This document shows positions 13,199 through 26,496 of a stretch of 64,000 nucleotides of DNA, piece after piece. The number at the start of each line of letters is the position of its first letter. Positions within the stretch are counted from its first letter, which is position 1. Position numbers and translations under genes: made by a program. Source of the stretch: Ramazzottius varieornatus (taxonomy: Eukaryota; Animalia; Tardigrada). The notes beneath the pieces were generated by a model. The model had not been told where the DNA came from and did no database searches. It saw nothing but the letters and a program-made list of their open reading frames with translations. Where the stretch lies: assembly GCA_001949185.1 (NCBI GenBank), contig BDGG01000017.1, positions 434,001 to 498,000 of the forward strand. The letters are read 5' to 3'.

Positions 13199-16100
13199 TC
13201 ACTCATTCTTACTCAGTCCATGTGGTCGAAGATGATAAATCATGTATTCCATGAAGTACATGTTATCGATATAGTGGAAAGCGATGGCCAAATCCGAACA
13301 GCAATCAGTTTGGTTTTCCCCAATGGCAGTTTCTTCCCTTTCTGGATACTTGACATATTCGGGATACCACTCCTAAATCGGAGGAGAAAGGTGAAAATTA
13401 TTCTGCGTGCATCCCATCTGGAGACCGGTGGCGCCTCATACTTGCATTTCACAGGCGCCTCGTCAGCGCTATTTTGCCTAGCTTAGGCCACTACAACCCC
13501 ACCCTGGTAATACTATAAGCTGTCGATGTTGTGGGACAGGTTTGGAACCGCGTGCGTCTAAAAAGACTCCCCAGGTGATGGGTGAAATATTTGGTCTATG
13601 TGTGTACTGATCAGCTGATCGACACGACATCACACATAACAGCCAGAACTGCGAGTTCCGGCCGGTCTTTTTACACGCACCCGGACTAATCTTGTCTCAC
13701 GTTATTGGCAGTTCAAAGTAATCAGGGAAGACATACAGTAAGAACGGTTTAGATTCTCAAGCATACCTCCTTCAAGTGATGAGGTTTCAAATGCTCCTGA
13801 GGAGGGAAAGGGAAGAAGCGATTGTGTCCAGTGTCATCTCGGCTGTCGCCAAACGTTACATTTAGAAGATGCAGACAGTTTCCCATATCTGCGTCTTCTG
13901 ACCCACTGAATTCAGCTGTGCAGACATCTCCGTTGAGCCCTTCTTCCACGAAGTTTCTCAGTGCTGCTTGACTTAAGAGATATCCCGCACCACCGGACAT
14001 GTACCCTTCCGGTGCGATGGTCTTGAAGTGGTGCCCAAAGTACAATGGCTGTTTCGGGGCATAGTTTGCAACTAATAGCTTCAGATTCTCCATGATGACG
14101 TACGTATCGTCGTCGGCTTTGAGGAACCAGTCGTATTCGTCAACGAAGTCGTAGACGTATCTGTATAAAGCAAAGCATCAGTCTGATGCTCAACTCATCT
14201 GCCACGATCCAGCACTGTACGCCGGTTTTCTCAGTGATTCTATAATCCAGTCACTTGAAGGACCCATAGAAAAAAGGTTCTTGCAAGTCGTCAGGCTCAG
14301 AGATCGACTTCGCTGGCGGGTCAAGTACTGTCTGTCTGTCTAAAGTCCCTTCTCGGGTGTGGCACCCACCTCTCCCCTGGTTGTCGAAGGGAGTGTTTCG
14401 TCATCTCCTTAGCAGGAGCTAAACTTGGTTTTTGTGCAGCCAAAAAGTCCAGCTGCTAAAGTGGTCTCATGGTCTGCCGGCCCCCTCCCCTCGTATTACA
14501 CTGCTGTCGGTCTACTGCTTGACCTTAGTTAAGTGTGGTTTTCCCTCGGATACTTTCTTATCTTGAAGCCAGTGTCGAAGTCATGGTTACAAGGTTTGAC
14601 TGCAGAAAAGCAGACCCTTCGTCGTTCATGTGGAACCGATTTCGATCGTTGGACATCACCGAATGGCTATACCACAGTATGAGGTTCAGTAGCTGATCAG
14701 GTTCAGCTCTTTTGGATGAGCGTGCTTGGATCAGCTCGCAATTGGACAAGCTCGGGCTTTTCAGCGTAACGGTTTTTGATCTGATAAGAAAGGCCAAAAT
14801 TTGAGCTAAATTATCCTCGGCAGGAAACCACGTCAATCCAGAAGCACAGAGCTGTTAATGATCCACATGTCTGAGTTCGGCGATGACTGCTCAGATTAGC
14901 AGACAAATCGATCGAGATTATAGGCCCACTTTCTCGGCTAGCTACTCGATTAGCAACTTGGAACGTGACGCTTGGCACACTTTGTGTCTTTGCTGGTTGA
15001 CTCAAAACACCTCGTATTAGATACCGGTAGTTGGATCGTTCCCACTGACAAGCGCTCGCGATATCCACTATATGGGCGGCAGAGATGCCAATTTTCGTGT
15101 AATCCACAGTGGCATGCCGGTATGGATCGCCATGCTGCATTAAAGTGTCGAATGACACGGCTCCATGTTGAGCTCTACCGGGTCCCCCCCCAGTAGCGAG
15201 CTTGCTTACCTTGTTGGCCAGCGGCCCTGTGCGCTATAAAAGCCAAGTACATGTACAGTGCTGAAACTGCATCCGTTCCAGTGCAAATTTTTGATGGTTT
15301 TGTACACAGCTATGGTAGTCTTGTGGACCCAACTGCTCGCCAAAAACCTGCACAGGAAGGGATGCACTTTCAACATTGTACAAGTACAGCGCTAGCTGAT
15401 ATTTGACTTTGGCCTTGTGCTTCCGTGCACAGACAAGTACGCCATCGTATAACACTCGTACAATAAGGCCACAACAGATGCAACCGCGGTTTTAAGCGTT
15501 TCGTAGTGCTGTACACAAGCTGGGTGTAATCGAGACAAACAAGAAGTACACCATACTGTACGGGTATGCAGAAGGTTCATTCGGAGTATGTATCGTTTTT
15601 GAGAACCGTCTTCACTATTGGTGGCCCCGCCCCCATGCACAAGCCGTGGCCCTACGGCCTGCTAGAAACCTTCTCTCTATTGATATTCTCTCATGTTGCA
15701 CCTCTTACCTGAAGCCAAACTTGGTTTTCCCCCAAAGAATATCCCGTCCTTCGCCTACGCAAGCATCTACTGCCGGCAAACTGTCGTTGGCTTCGGAGCT
15801 GACAAAGACGTAACCGTCACAGCGTTTTAACCAGGTGTGCTTGACCGAAAGAGCTCTTTCGAAATTGCCGGGTTGGGTCATGATCCAGCAAAATACTCTC
15901 GAGGACTTTGCATGACGATTCGGAACTTGAAGATCATGCAAGTACTTCAGCGCCATCTCAACCTTGTCCCTCAAGCCTATAGAAAAAAGAAACTTTTATA
16001 GTGTGCGTAGAGCAGTACACAGGCATTCTCGACCTGGAAGTCATTTGCATGTTTCTCCATACCATTGTCGGAAGTCTCCTCCGACAATCGTGTGCCGTAC

Positions 16101-16207
16101 CAAGACACCAGCAGCAACCCAAAGAATCCAGCAAAGAACGCAAAAGCCAGAATCAACTGCTGACTTGAAATCCTCCGGACATTCGAACCGATATTATCCC
16201 TGATCAT
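13199..16207 (-). CDS. C1GALT1: C1GALT1/T-synthase-like beta-1,3-galactosyltransferase (GT31), copy A
   Basis: Exons 16207-16063, 15976-15709, 14160-13767, 13372-13199. N-terminal [57 protein letters not shown]. Confidence 0.9.
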
Positions 16208-16624
16208 AGCATAAATCGAGGTGAGACTGTGCGAGCTGCATCAACCAAAATTGTGATGCATCTGTAATCGAAACGTTAGAAATACAAAATGCCGTCATGG
16301 CTGCTTGCTGCCGTTGCAGTAACTACTTCTCTATGAAGCACTGAAGATATGCTTGGATGAAAACGACAGACAGAATTGGGAGGTTGAAACAGAGCAGTTA
16401 AGCCTGACGTAATAAGTGCCGGCATGAATTATACAAATATTCCAAACGTTGAATATCTTCGAAAGCTATCACTCCATTCTTCAAAACCGGGCAGCCATGC
16501 GAAACGAAAGGAAAAATTAGCAAAAGAAAAGGTTTGCGTAGAAACAGGTTTCCCGCTTTCGACTTGCGAAACATGTATTGCTCTATCGAGGCCCATCATA
16601 TTCTTGACGTATCCTTTTCGTATA

Positions 16625-16773
16625 CACGCACTTGGCCCAATTATCGGCCTGACAAAATTTCAAGCCATCGGTCGAAAGCGGCAACTGCCAGCTAAAATTG
16701 CCAATCAATCAGAGCGCTGCCGCTTTTGGCCGGTGGCCGGAAATTTTGTCCAGGTAATTAGGCCAGCCGCGTG
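16625..16773. mobile_element. Fold-back TA-flanked MITE (149 bp)
   Basis: TA-CACGC..TGGCC.AATTA...GACAAAATTT at both ends in inverted orientation, with an inner inverted pair (AAAGCGGCA / TGCCGCTTT). Confidence 0.75.
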
Positions 16774-17185
16774 TACTGCTAAAATTTGCTGTGTACAGGT
16801 ACTTTACCCGCAAAGACCGAAGGTGATGAATGGTGTGCCGTCTTAACCCAGTCCGACAGTCGACCACCGAGGCATTTACCTTTAATCTCCTAGTTGGTTC
16901 ACGGACCATTGTGTCGCCATTAATAACTATTCGAACTTTACATATTATTGATAACATGCGGCTCTCTTTGACCAAAACTTACCCATGATATATTGGATAA
17001 ACCTGATGCGTCCAATGAAATGACACAATTGGAACCATTTGGACCTTTCGGATAAATGCCACGTACGGAGCAGTGCGGCCCAACTATACTGTAACCTTTA
17101 TTCAGAATTATCGAGCAAACTGGTAGTCTTGTTAAAATGTCCCTACAGCTGGAACTTGCTTGTGCGAACGGGTTGATGTATAAAT

Positions 17186-17264
17186 GGGGGGGGGGGGGGG
17201 NNNNNNNNNNNNNNNNNNNNNNNNNNNNNNNNNNNNNNNNNNNNNNNNNNGGGGGGGGGGGGGG
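17186..17264. other. Assembly gap (50 N) inside a poly-G tract
   Basis: N at 17201-17250 flanked by G runs on both sides. Confidence 0.95.
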
Positions 17265-20139
17265 TGGTAGATCAGACACTGAAGAGCAATATGGATTTAA
17301 TAGGGTATGCTGCAAACATATGCACATCCGACGACAATACCGTATATCGTGAGGGATCATGCAATTACGAGTAGACAGCCTATTGCAAAGGACCGACTGG
17401 GAAGGAAGAATCCCCCAAGGACGTAACAAAAGGTGAAGGAAAGGTCATAAATATGTTTGTCGGCTTGGTACCTCAAGCTGGTAATCCCACCCGCACACGG
17501 CACCCCATCACTGCTTAATTGTTAGCTGTTTTCGTTCAGAGCCTTCATTGAACCACCAAACCCCGGGATCCATTGTTGCCGCTGTCGCTTTCGTAACCGT
17601 TGGGTTTGACAGTATTGTCACAATGAATCCAGGTATTGTTCTAACGGCATTCATCAAATTTGCACACCCGCGCTCTCCTTTCAACATCTACAGTGCATAC
17701 TCTGCCTGACTATCTCAGACTTGCTGTGCGCTTCATTCAGCGTGACGGGCGTAGTGAGCAACATGGTTTCCGCAAATTAACCTTTGGCTCTTGGTATTGC
17801 AGCCTCTTTATGTACTTGGACTGGATGACGACGGCTGCCGGCCTGCATGCCTTGACAGTTATCGACCTCGATCGGCTATGAACTTTGCTTGCGCCTTTTC
17901 ACTACCGTTTCAGTCAGTCCGTTACAAAGAGCAAACTAAATGGTGTATGAAGTTCACCTACAGTATATTCCTACCGTATTTCATTAAGGACCGACGAACC
18001 AACCAGGCCGACGATGCCAGTAAATTTGTGTGCTCCACGAACACAAACCAACAGCCGGTTCTGCTCCTCAGAAACTCAATCTCGCGCCCGACATTTCCCC
18101 GCGGGCTGTTGGACCTGGGGATACGTGATCATAGACCAGATTTCGTGATTAAGTGCGGTGTGGTGTTTTGCGGGAATGGAGCTCGTGGCGTTTTGTGGAT
18201 CGCTTCAGTGGTACAATGGGCAGTGCACTAGACGAATAACCGAAATCACATTAACATCAGACCTTAACACCTTGAGCACCACGCGATTTCATACTTTAAG
18301 AATACGAGGTGGGAAAGTCACTTTTGTCAAAATAGAGGACGGCGCCAAATTGGGCCAATCATAACCTACCCGATCAGCTAAAATCTGGGAACATGGCGTT
18401 GAGTGCGCCAGCTACCAAGTCAAAACGGCCAACCTTTGTGATTTTGTCTTGACCACTGGGCAGATCCTTTCACGAATCCAAAACTTTCGCAAGATGCAGA
18501 AATGTTTGGTCTCAAGCTAAAACGTTTTGAAGACTCTGAACCAACCGACAGCCTGGCTGGAAAAACAATTGGCTGGCTACGACGAAATTTCATCAAGAAC
18601 GGAATAAATCCAGACGATTTTGTAGAGCTACTGACCACTGGATGTTAATTGCAGTTTGGAGAGAAGTTGATTCTTGAGGCAAACGGGAAAACTCGAGCAG
18701 CAAAGCTGAACACTCTGCGTACGACCGTCCTCTTTCTGTATACAATCACTCAGTTTTATTCACCTCCCAGTTTTAGGTGTTTGTCTTTCGGGTCGAGGTC
18801 TTTTTGATCGCATTTACCTCGGTCTTCTCGCCAAAGCAACACTAATGACCAGCGGTCAGCAAAACCCCAGCACGCTGGAAATTTTTTCTACGGTTTCGGG
18901 TGGTTTTGGTGAAATTTGGTGTTTCGTCTCTTCACACGGGCACGGTATTCGCTTAGAAAAACACTGGAGCACTTATCTATCGAAGCCGAGCCTGGAAAAA
19001 ATTTGTTATTCATTATTGCGGTCAGAAGAAAATCAAGACGACCAGTTCTCCCTTTTGAGATTTGGCGTTCATGGCCTGCCAATTATCCGAATTTTGAAAT
19101 TTCGAAAAATGTCTATTGGCTGGACCAGCCTCCGCAACACGGTACCAGCCAATAAAATTCCTGTATACACAAAGAGGACGGTAGTATTCTGCAAACATGA
19201 AAACGATCGTTCTGAAAATGTTAACTGGAATCTCGTTACATACAATTTAGTATGCGTCAAGAAATTGAGGTTCCCGCCCGGTGCTCAAGGTGTTACGTTC
19301 ATATTTTTGCCCTTTCGGTACTGTAAATACTACGGCTGGAACCTTGTCGACTGTGTCGTGTTCAGAATGGTCTATGGAGCCGTCTCATATCCGATGCGCA
19401 AAATTTAGGGGGAACTGCATTGCTGATAAAAGTTCAACAGCATGCCCCGTGGTCTTCTCCGGAATTTGCGGTTGGCAGTTGTGAAAGCGCAGGTGTAGGT
19501 TTGTTCGCAGGAGAGGACGATGAGCAAAAACATCCAGGGCTAGCTGCAGTGGCCGAGCAGCGACCAGGTCAGCAGCCGGCTCACCCCTAGTCGGTTTACG
19601 GAACATAGCAACGTCAAACTGCAAGATATTAAAAGTCTAAAACACAATGGCGAAGACCACAATCTGCGTCAGCACAACAATCCCTTAGTCGTTGGCTGTC
19701 TCTTCGAACTCTTCGAAGCATTGATCGGATGCACGCCTGAGTCGCCAACTACTGTGTTACATCGTGTCGCTCGTGATGGACCACCATCGGTTGCGCTTCT
19801 TGTTTCGTTGGAAGAAGCATGATTATCTCGCATTCGACTATAAAATCATCGGTTCGTCCCAAGGTCGAGATTTTGGCAGAAGTTATGCATCTATAGACGA
19901 GCTCTCCCGAGAATTTACTTTCGAACGAAGCAGAACGGATCTACACTAAGAGTCTGATGCGAAGCCGAGCGAAATTCGATTCCGTTTATACTGGTTTTAT
20001 TTCCATCAAACTTCGGGTTATAGGTCTTTGCTGCCCCCATGCCCAACCATAAATGCGTACGAGTGACGAACTGCGTGATACTGTATGTCAGGACAGTACA
20101 ACCTTGTAGTTTACACATCGAGCGCTGGAACTTAAAGTA

Positions 20140-20751
20140 CGAGGAGAGAGGCCCAACTTTTCTAACGAGCTTACTTTGCTAAGCCAAGTTCTGAAGGTAG
20201 CGCTGCGAATCTCGACCACAACCAGTTGGCGGCTGAGCAGAAGTTAGCAAAGTTTTAGCCAGTTAGCATTCACAGTTCTGTTTAGGCCTTGATTCAGTGA
20301 TCGACAAGTCCACCGAGAGATTCAGAAAAATCTGTCAAAGCAATGCGTTTTCGCTCGGAAGTTAGCAAAGTTGTAGCCGTTACGATTTTGGATGGAAACG
20401 GCTGTATTGCGTCATCATTACTCTTGAGTACACTTTCAGAAATGTGTGATTCTGCTCGGTTCGACACATATGTGCTTTATCTGGCTTGGCTTGTTGCGTC
20501 ATCATTACCCCTCTGCAGAAAGAGTGCTTCCTAATATCGGATGCCATCTTCGAATGGCTTCCACTCTGAAATTTCTCTCGTCACGATCTTCCAATGTTCC
20601 CAACTTCTGTCTGCAGCAGAATGATGCAAGGCTGCGGGAGGTACTTGTGAATTAATTTGGAATTTCAGGACCTGATGGTTTTTGAGAAATTCGTTAGTTA
20701 GAAAAGTAGTAACCAGTTTGGCGAGTTAGAAAAGTTGGGTCTTGCTCCTCA
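20140..20751. mobile_element. Non-autonomous mariner-like element (612 bp)
   Basis: TIR (C/T)GAGGAG..AG.CCCAACTTTTCTAAC at both ends, TA TSD, internal GTTAGCAAAG/GTTAGAAAAG repeats. Confidence 0.8.
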
Positions 20752-21084
20752 TACACAATACATGATCCATAACCTGCCTGTCACACTCGACATCCTTTAC
20801 GCTACCAATGCTTAAGTTTCGAAAGATTGCATACAACGGATGTCTTTAAACGCTTTCCGAGACTAGACGGGCGAAGTGAGTGTTGTGGTAAAAGGTCGAT
20901 GGATCTCGGAACGAAAACTTTGTCCAGTGACACAGCGGGCTCGCTACTGTTCGTCATCGGCGTCACATCGCGGAATTTCGGTCTAGGATTATCATTGTAC
21001 AGCACTGAATGTTGGTGTGCCTGTGGGTGGCCACCCCTCGATCTACGGTCTCGACAATCGAACTCTCATGTGAGAATATGGATT

Positions 21085-22294
21085 TCATGTTATCGGGTAC
21101 AACCCATGTGGTCGAAGATGATAGATCATGTATTCCATAAAGTACATATTGTCGACATAGTGAAACGTGATGGCCTTGTCCGAACAGCAATCAGTCCGGT
21201 TCTCTCCAACAGCACTTTCTTCCCTTTGCGGGTACTTGACATATTGGGGATACCACCAGTCCTAAAATCCGAGGGAAAGGATAACGAACAATAGTTCAGA
21301 AACGCCTCTATATACCGCAACTAAACACATACCTTCTCCATGTGACCGGGCTTCATGTGATCCTGCGCAACAAAAGGAAAAAACCGATTGTGTCCACTGT
21401 CATCGCGGCTATCGCCAAACGTTACGTTCAGGTGATGCAGACAAATTCCCATTTCTGCATCTTCCGCTCCGCTGTTGTCAACTTTACAGAGGCTTCTGTT
21501 CAGCCCTTCTTCCACAAAGCTCCTGAGCGCCTTTTGACTCAGAAGGTATCCCGCCCCGCCGGACATGTATCCTTCCGGAGCATTCATCTTGAAGTGGTGG
21601 CCGAAGTACAAGGGTTCTTTCGGCGAGTAGTCCGCCACCAACAGTTTCAGGTTCTCCATGATGACGTACGTGTCGTCGTCGGCTTTTAGGAACCAGTCAT
21701 ACTTGTCGACAAGGTCATAGGCATACCTGCAATTCCAAGTTCCAGATTCACTTTGGAGCGGCCTACGAATTATCCAGTGTTCGTGCCACCGAAGGTGTTT
21801 TACCTGAAGCCAAACTTGGTTTTCCCCCAAAGGATATCCCGTCCTTCGCCTACGCAAGCATCTACTGCCGGCAAACTGTCGTTGGCTTCGGAGCTGACAA
21901 AGACGTAACCGTCACAGCGTTTTAACCAGGTGTGCTTGACCGAAAGAGCTCTTTCGAAATTGCCGGGTTGGGTCATGATCCAGCAAAATACTCTCGAGGA
22001 CTTTGCATGACGATTCGGAACTTGAAGATCAAGCAGGTATTTCAGGGCCTCTTCCACCTGGTCTCTTAAGCCTATATAGAGCACAACAACTGAAACCTGT
22101 ATGTCTCACAATCGTGGTTTTGACTGAGAATTAATTCATTTTCTAAAAATATCCGTACCATTTCCCGAAGTCTCTTCCGACAGGCGTGTACCGTACCAAA
22201 AAACCATGAGTAGCCCAGAAAATCCGAAAAAGGCGAAAGCCACAACTAACTTCCTACAGGAAGCTTTTCTTACACTAGCGCTGAAACTATCCAT
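21085..22294 (-). CDS. C1GALT1: C1GALT1/T-synthase-like, copy B
   Basis: Exons 22294-22159, 22071-21804, 21726-21333, 21261-21085. Same motifs and intron phases as copy A; exon 3 is 394 nt in all three intact copies. Confidence 0.9.
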
Positions 22295-23060
22295 GGTCAC
22301 AGTCAAGACAACAAAGTACAAGCTGCATTCGCTAAATGTTAACGCTACTGTAAATGCGGCGTTGGAAAACAGCAAAATAGCATCAGACTTCTTCAAAGCT
22401 GAGCTGAATTTGTGATAAAAAATCGTGTTTTGTAATTGTGGCTTTGTAATGGTCTTATGCCCGCACACGACGGCTTTAATGAGTCTCCAACCTGCCTTAT
22501 CTAGTTGGTTTACCGTTTTCAGGATTTCTGCGAGCTCATAATATACAGAGCTCTGGTCTGCGATGACTGTTGCCGTAATCAATGTTTTACGTGCATGTCT
22601 TTTGATGTTGAGCAGCCAGCGATTAGCCGTCTGTCGCGGAAGTCCTTCGGCTGTACAGTACTAGTACTCCGTAACGAAAAGAAGCGTACCATTGTCCAGT
22701 ATGCCAATCGGCGTAACCTCTTATATAGTACTGACAAGACTGTCGTGGACAACAGCTCCGTATGAATGACAGATGGCAGCAGCTGTAATCGTTGCAAAGC
22801 GGACCATATCTTCTACGACTTAGCTGTACTCTGTGACGATATATAATAAAGTATCGTTAATGTCGAACGACGCCGCGATCGACCAAATTTCACGCATGCT
22901 CATTAGATTGTTCAGAAAGGCAGTCGTCCGATTTCACGCAATAAAAAATGACGGCCTGGTTCGCTATCAAGGCGCCCGCGCTTGGAGCAAACCGCAGCCA
23001 GCTTGAGGACAAAGGCTTTGTAAGCGTTCAGCTCTCGCAAGATATCGGGTCCATCGCGTA

Positions 23061-24280
23061 TCACCGTAGTCCATGTGGCCGAAGATGATAAAGCATGTAC
23101 TCCATGAAATACATGTTATTTATGTAGTGAAAAGTAATGGCGGAGTCCGAACAGCAGTCGGTCCGGTTTTCCCCGACGGCAGAAACCTCCTTCTGCGGAT
23201 ACTTAACGTATTCGGGATACCACCAGTCCTGCAGAGTAAACATACCACAGCCGAACGATGCAGCGAAGAAGGTTCAAACTAGTGCGCGTACCCCTTCCAT
23301 ATGCCCAGGTTTCATGTGTTCCGAAGGAGTAAATGGGAAGAAGCGGTTGTGTCCGCTAGCATCGCGGCTGTCTCCGAATGTCACATTGAGCGCGTGAAGG
23401 CACAAGCCCATCAGCGCGTCTTCGGGTCCGTCGTTCTTTTTCAAGCAACTGTATTCGTCAAGCCCTTCTTCCACGAACTTGCGAAGAGCGGCTTGGCTCA
23501 AAACATATCCCGCTCCGCCGGACATGTACCCTTCCGGCGTGACCCTTCGGAAATGGTGGCCGAAGTACAGCGGTTGATTCGGCGAGTAGTCCGCCACCAA
23601 CAGCTTCAGGTTCTCCATGATGACGTACGTGTCATCATCTGCCTTCAGAAACCAGTCGTACTCGTCGATAAACTTGTAGGCGTATCTGCAACGAAACTGA
23701 GCTGCCGATCAAAAGGGAAAGTTTCTTCTGCGCGTTCTACTGCGCCTCTCTGCATGGTCAGCAAAATCCATTTCTGTACCTAAAGCCAAGTTTGGTTTTG
23801 CCCCACAAAATATCCCGTCCCTCGCCCAAGTGTGCGTTGAGGGCTGGCAGAGTGTCGTCGTGCTCGGAACTGACAAAGATATAGCCATCGCAGCGTTTCG
23901 CCCAAGTTTCCTTCACTCCAATAGCTTTCTCGTGGTTTTCAGGCTGGGTTAATATGCAACAAAAGACACGTGAGCTGTTTTTTTTGGAGATTTCATCAGC
24001 GTCCGCTTTTATGAAGCCAAGGCTCCGCAAGTATTTCTTGGCTGAGACGTTCTTCCCAAACGTACCAATGGTGTCCTCAGATTTGAGTCCTGGAAAAAGC
24101 TGGTGTGGTTTTCGGAGACAGAACGTGGAAATGGGTTAAGGATAGAGCGATACCGTTCTGTGAGCCGCGGGACAAAAAGATATTACCGTACAGAATTACG
24201 AAGAGTAGTCCGAATAATCCAAGAAAAAGCAACCCGGCGAATAAAAGCTTCGATCGACCTGATGTCAGCGATGCAGTCAT
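23061..24280 (-). CDS. C1GALT1: C1GALT1/T-synthase-like, copy C
   Basis: Exons 24280-24154, 24089-23780, 23685-23292, 23228-23061. Motifs [34 protein letters not shown]. Confidence 0.9.
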
Positions 24281-25846
24281 GATCTGCAGTACACTGTACA
24301 GAATTCTAGTGAAGAAGCGCGCACCATTCGCTACAAAATCTAAATACCATGAGCGTTGATACTTCCATGTAACGGAATCTTACTGCGGATCTTGGGCAGA
24401 AGCGAAGAGGTATTCTCTTGGTGCTATCAATACACACATTAGTCTACAGCCGACCAACAATCTTGATACATGCAGGAAGTCTGTGTTCGGAAGCGTATTC
24501 ATCGACGAGCTGCTCGGTGATCACTTTCGCTGTCATCTATGAATGGTAACCTATTTAACCGGTCCACGAGGGAGCTTGGGGCCAGCATCTTCTCGATTCT
24601 TTCGGAAGCGCTTTCTGATACTTCGGCATCGACCAGCATCAACTAATCTTGTAGGCAGTCGCCTAAAGCTATACTTCTGGTCCGAGCCCACAGTGCATTT
24701 GCAAGAGGACGTTGGTTCGATCGCCGACTGAGATCGTCTAAGAAGATGAATCACCAGCTTTCTTTCATCTGCTGATGTCTGGTACTTTTACTCGCCGGAA
24801 ATACGTCACAGAGGTGAAAGGCAGTCGCAAAACGCTTAAGGGAATACTTTATTAGACGAAAAAGCAGCTGTGACGTTGATTGCCGTGAAACCGACGATCG
24901 GGGTGAGTCACCCAAAAATACTACACAGACGCCTCTGCAGGCCTGGGACTTTTTTCGTGCGTCGGCTCTTTAACATGGCGTTTCGGCGTGTTTCATCCCG
25001 ATCCTTCTTTCTCGTTTGTGCTCCGGCAAATGGCTCCCAGATCAGTTACGTTGAAATAAGAAAGGTTTTCCCTATCGACTGAGGTACAGTGAGACAAATT
25101 TTGACGAGCGACTTTGCAAAAACCATCTGGACGGATTTATGTCCGAAATATTCACTGGACGGATTATGTCCTTTCCCTCGTAGTTGGGAAACCGTTACGC
25201 TCATTCTACCGCGATTCACGGTTGCCGGAGAGGAGGGCACACTGTGCTATGCATTGTGAACGTTTTCATGTCAGACTGGCAGGACCGTCATCACAAGGGA
25301 CGCACATTTTCATTGTTGCTGACCGGGAAGGTACACGACTCGATCTATACCACGGTTTGCTTTGTTTGGTTTGCCGGAATATCATCCACTTTTCTTTGTG
25401 ATTTTCCGTTGCCGCAAAATATTTTCTTATAGTGTTGCAGGGAAGCAGTGTTGGCCCTGCTGACCTGGTAGAAGTTGTTCTGGTAGAAGACCCGGTAGAA
25501 GTTGTTCATCGGCGCAAAACCGGTTTTCATGCACAGCGCCCTCTGTAGACCACACAGTACTCTAGATTAGTTACCCAATGTCGCACCGCGTGAAGTGAAG
25601 CTCGCTGGGTTGGTCTACGAGCCGCTATTAGAGCTTTGATCAGACATCACTGCTTGAAGGCCGAAGACGAGGAAGCACAATGGTCGTGCAGTATGGCCAT
25701 TAGTTAACGTCGAAAAATGAGCTCTGTGGCCGACAACAGCAAGCAGCCGACAGCAAGAAAACGTGCAACAGGTGAGCCACGCAGCTGCACTTGTGCATCC
25801 ATCTGCGACCGAAAGAGTCGCAGATTCGAACGTTAGGAATATCGAA

Positions 25847-26496
25847 ATGGAGTCCGATTGGATAATTGCCAGCTGGTTGTGTTTGCATTTATTCTGTCAA
25901 GCGGTCAGCATAGAAGCTCTGTCATCGAAAGAATGGATCGAACGGTCGGAGCTCGAACTGCGCTCGTCCTACGGAGAGACGGGACATCCCTGTGTGATTC
26001 TCGGTCCCAGGCATTGCTACGAGTACAAGGCTCAATGCTTCGATGGGATATGTCGAGTGTCCAACTACCAAGAAGATACACCGGCTGAAAAAAGAGCCAG
26101 AATCCAGCAGATGTTGGGGGCTGCGCAGAGCAGCGGATGTCCGTATGCCAACATGATGGCCAACATGCCCATCGAAGACGTAAGTTCTCTCTATACACGT
26201 ACTGTACAGGTACTTCTTCATTAGGAACTAGGCAAACAAGCTTGACAAGATCGATTTCCAGTTGGTGCACGCCATCAGCCAGTAACAGTGAAGTCCTGCG
26301 CCACTTAGGGAAAACAATCGCCTCAAGTTTCCCCAAGTGGCGCACGCTTTCGCACAATATCTACGAAGACGTGCGCCACTTGAGAAAACAATCTTGTTCA
26401 CTTCGTTCAGCAAGCTCTCATTTATCATTTCAAACAGTTTTTTTTCCACAGTTGTTGAAGTCTCAGACGCCGGAGCGGTTCGCTGGATCCTTTTAA
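25847..26496 (+). CDS. Small putative secreted Cys-containing protein (~125 aa, 2 exons)
   Basis: Exon 25847-26179 ends at a GTAAGT donor. Exon 26452-26496 follows a TTTTTTTCCACAG acceptor and is in phase. Hydrophobic N-terminus and a C-x7-C-x6-C-x4-C cluster. Confidence 0.6.
26240..26396. repeat. Fixed-spacer palindrome array (2 units) in the intron of the small secreted gene
   Basis: CCAAGTGGCGCACG-N23-CGTGCGCCACTTG plus a degenerate upstream unit. Confidence 0.85.

Noticed and set aside
17791-19408. Protein-like plus-strand stretches including a 187-aa ORF
   Set aside because: No motif I can identify and interrupted by stops; may be a relic but cannot be supported without a search.
25463-25508. 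Short GGTAGAAG(TTGTTC) tandem
   Set aside because: Ordinary micro-duplication with no further structure.
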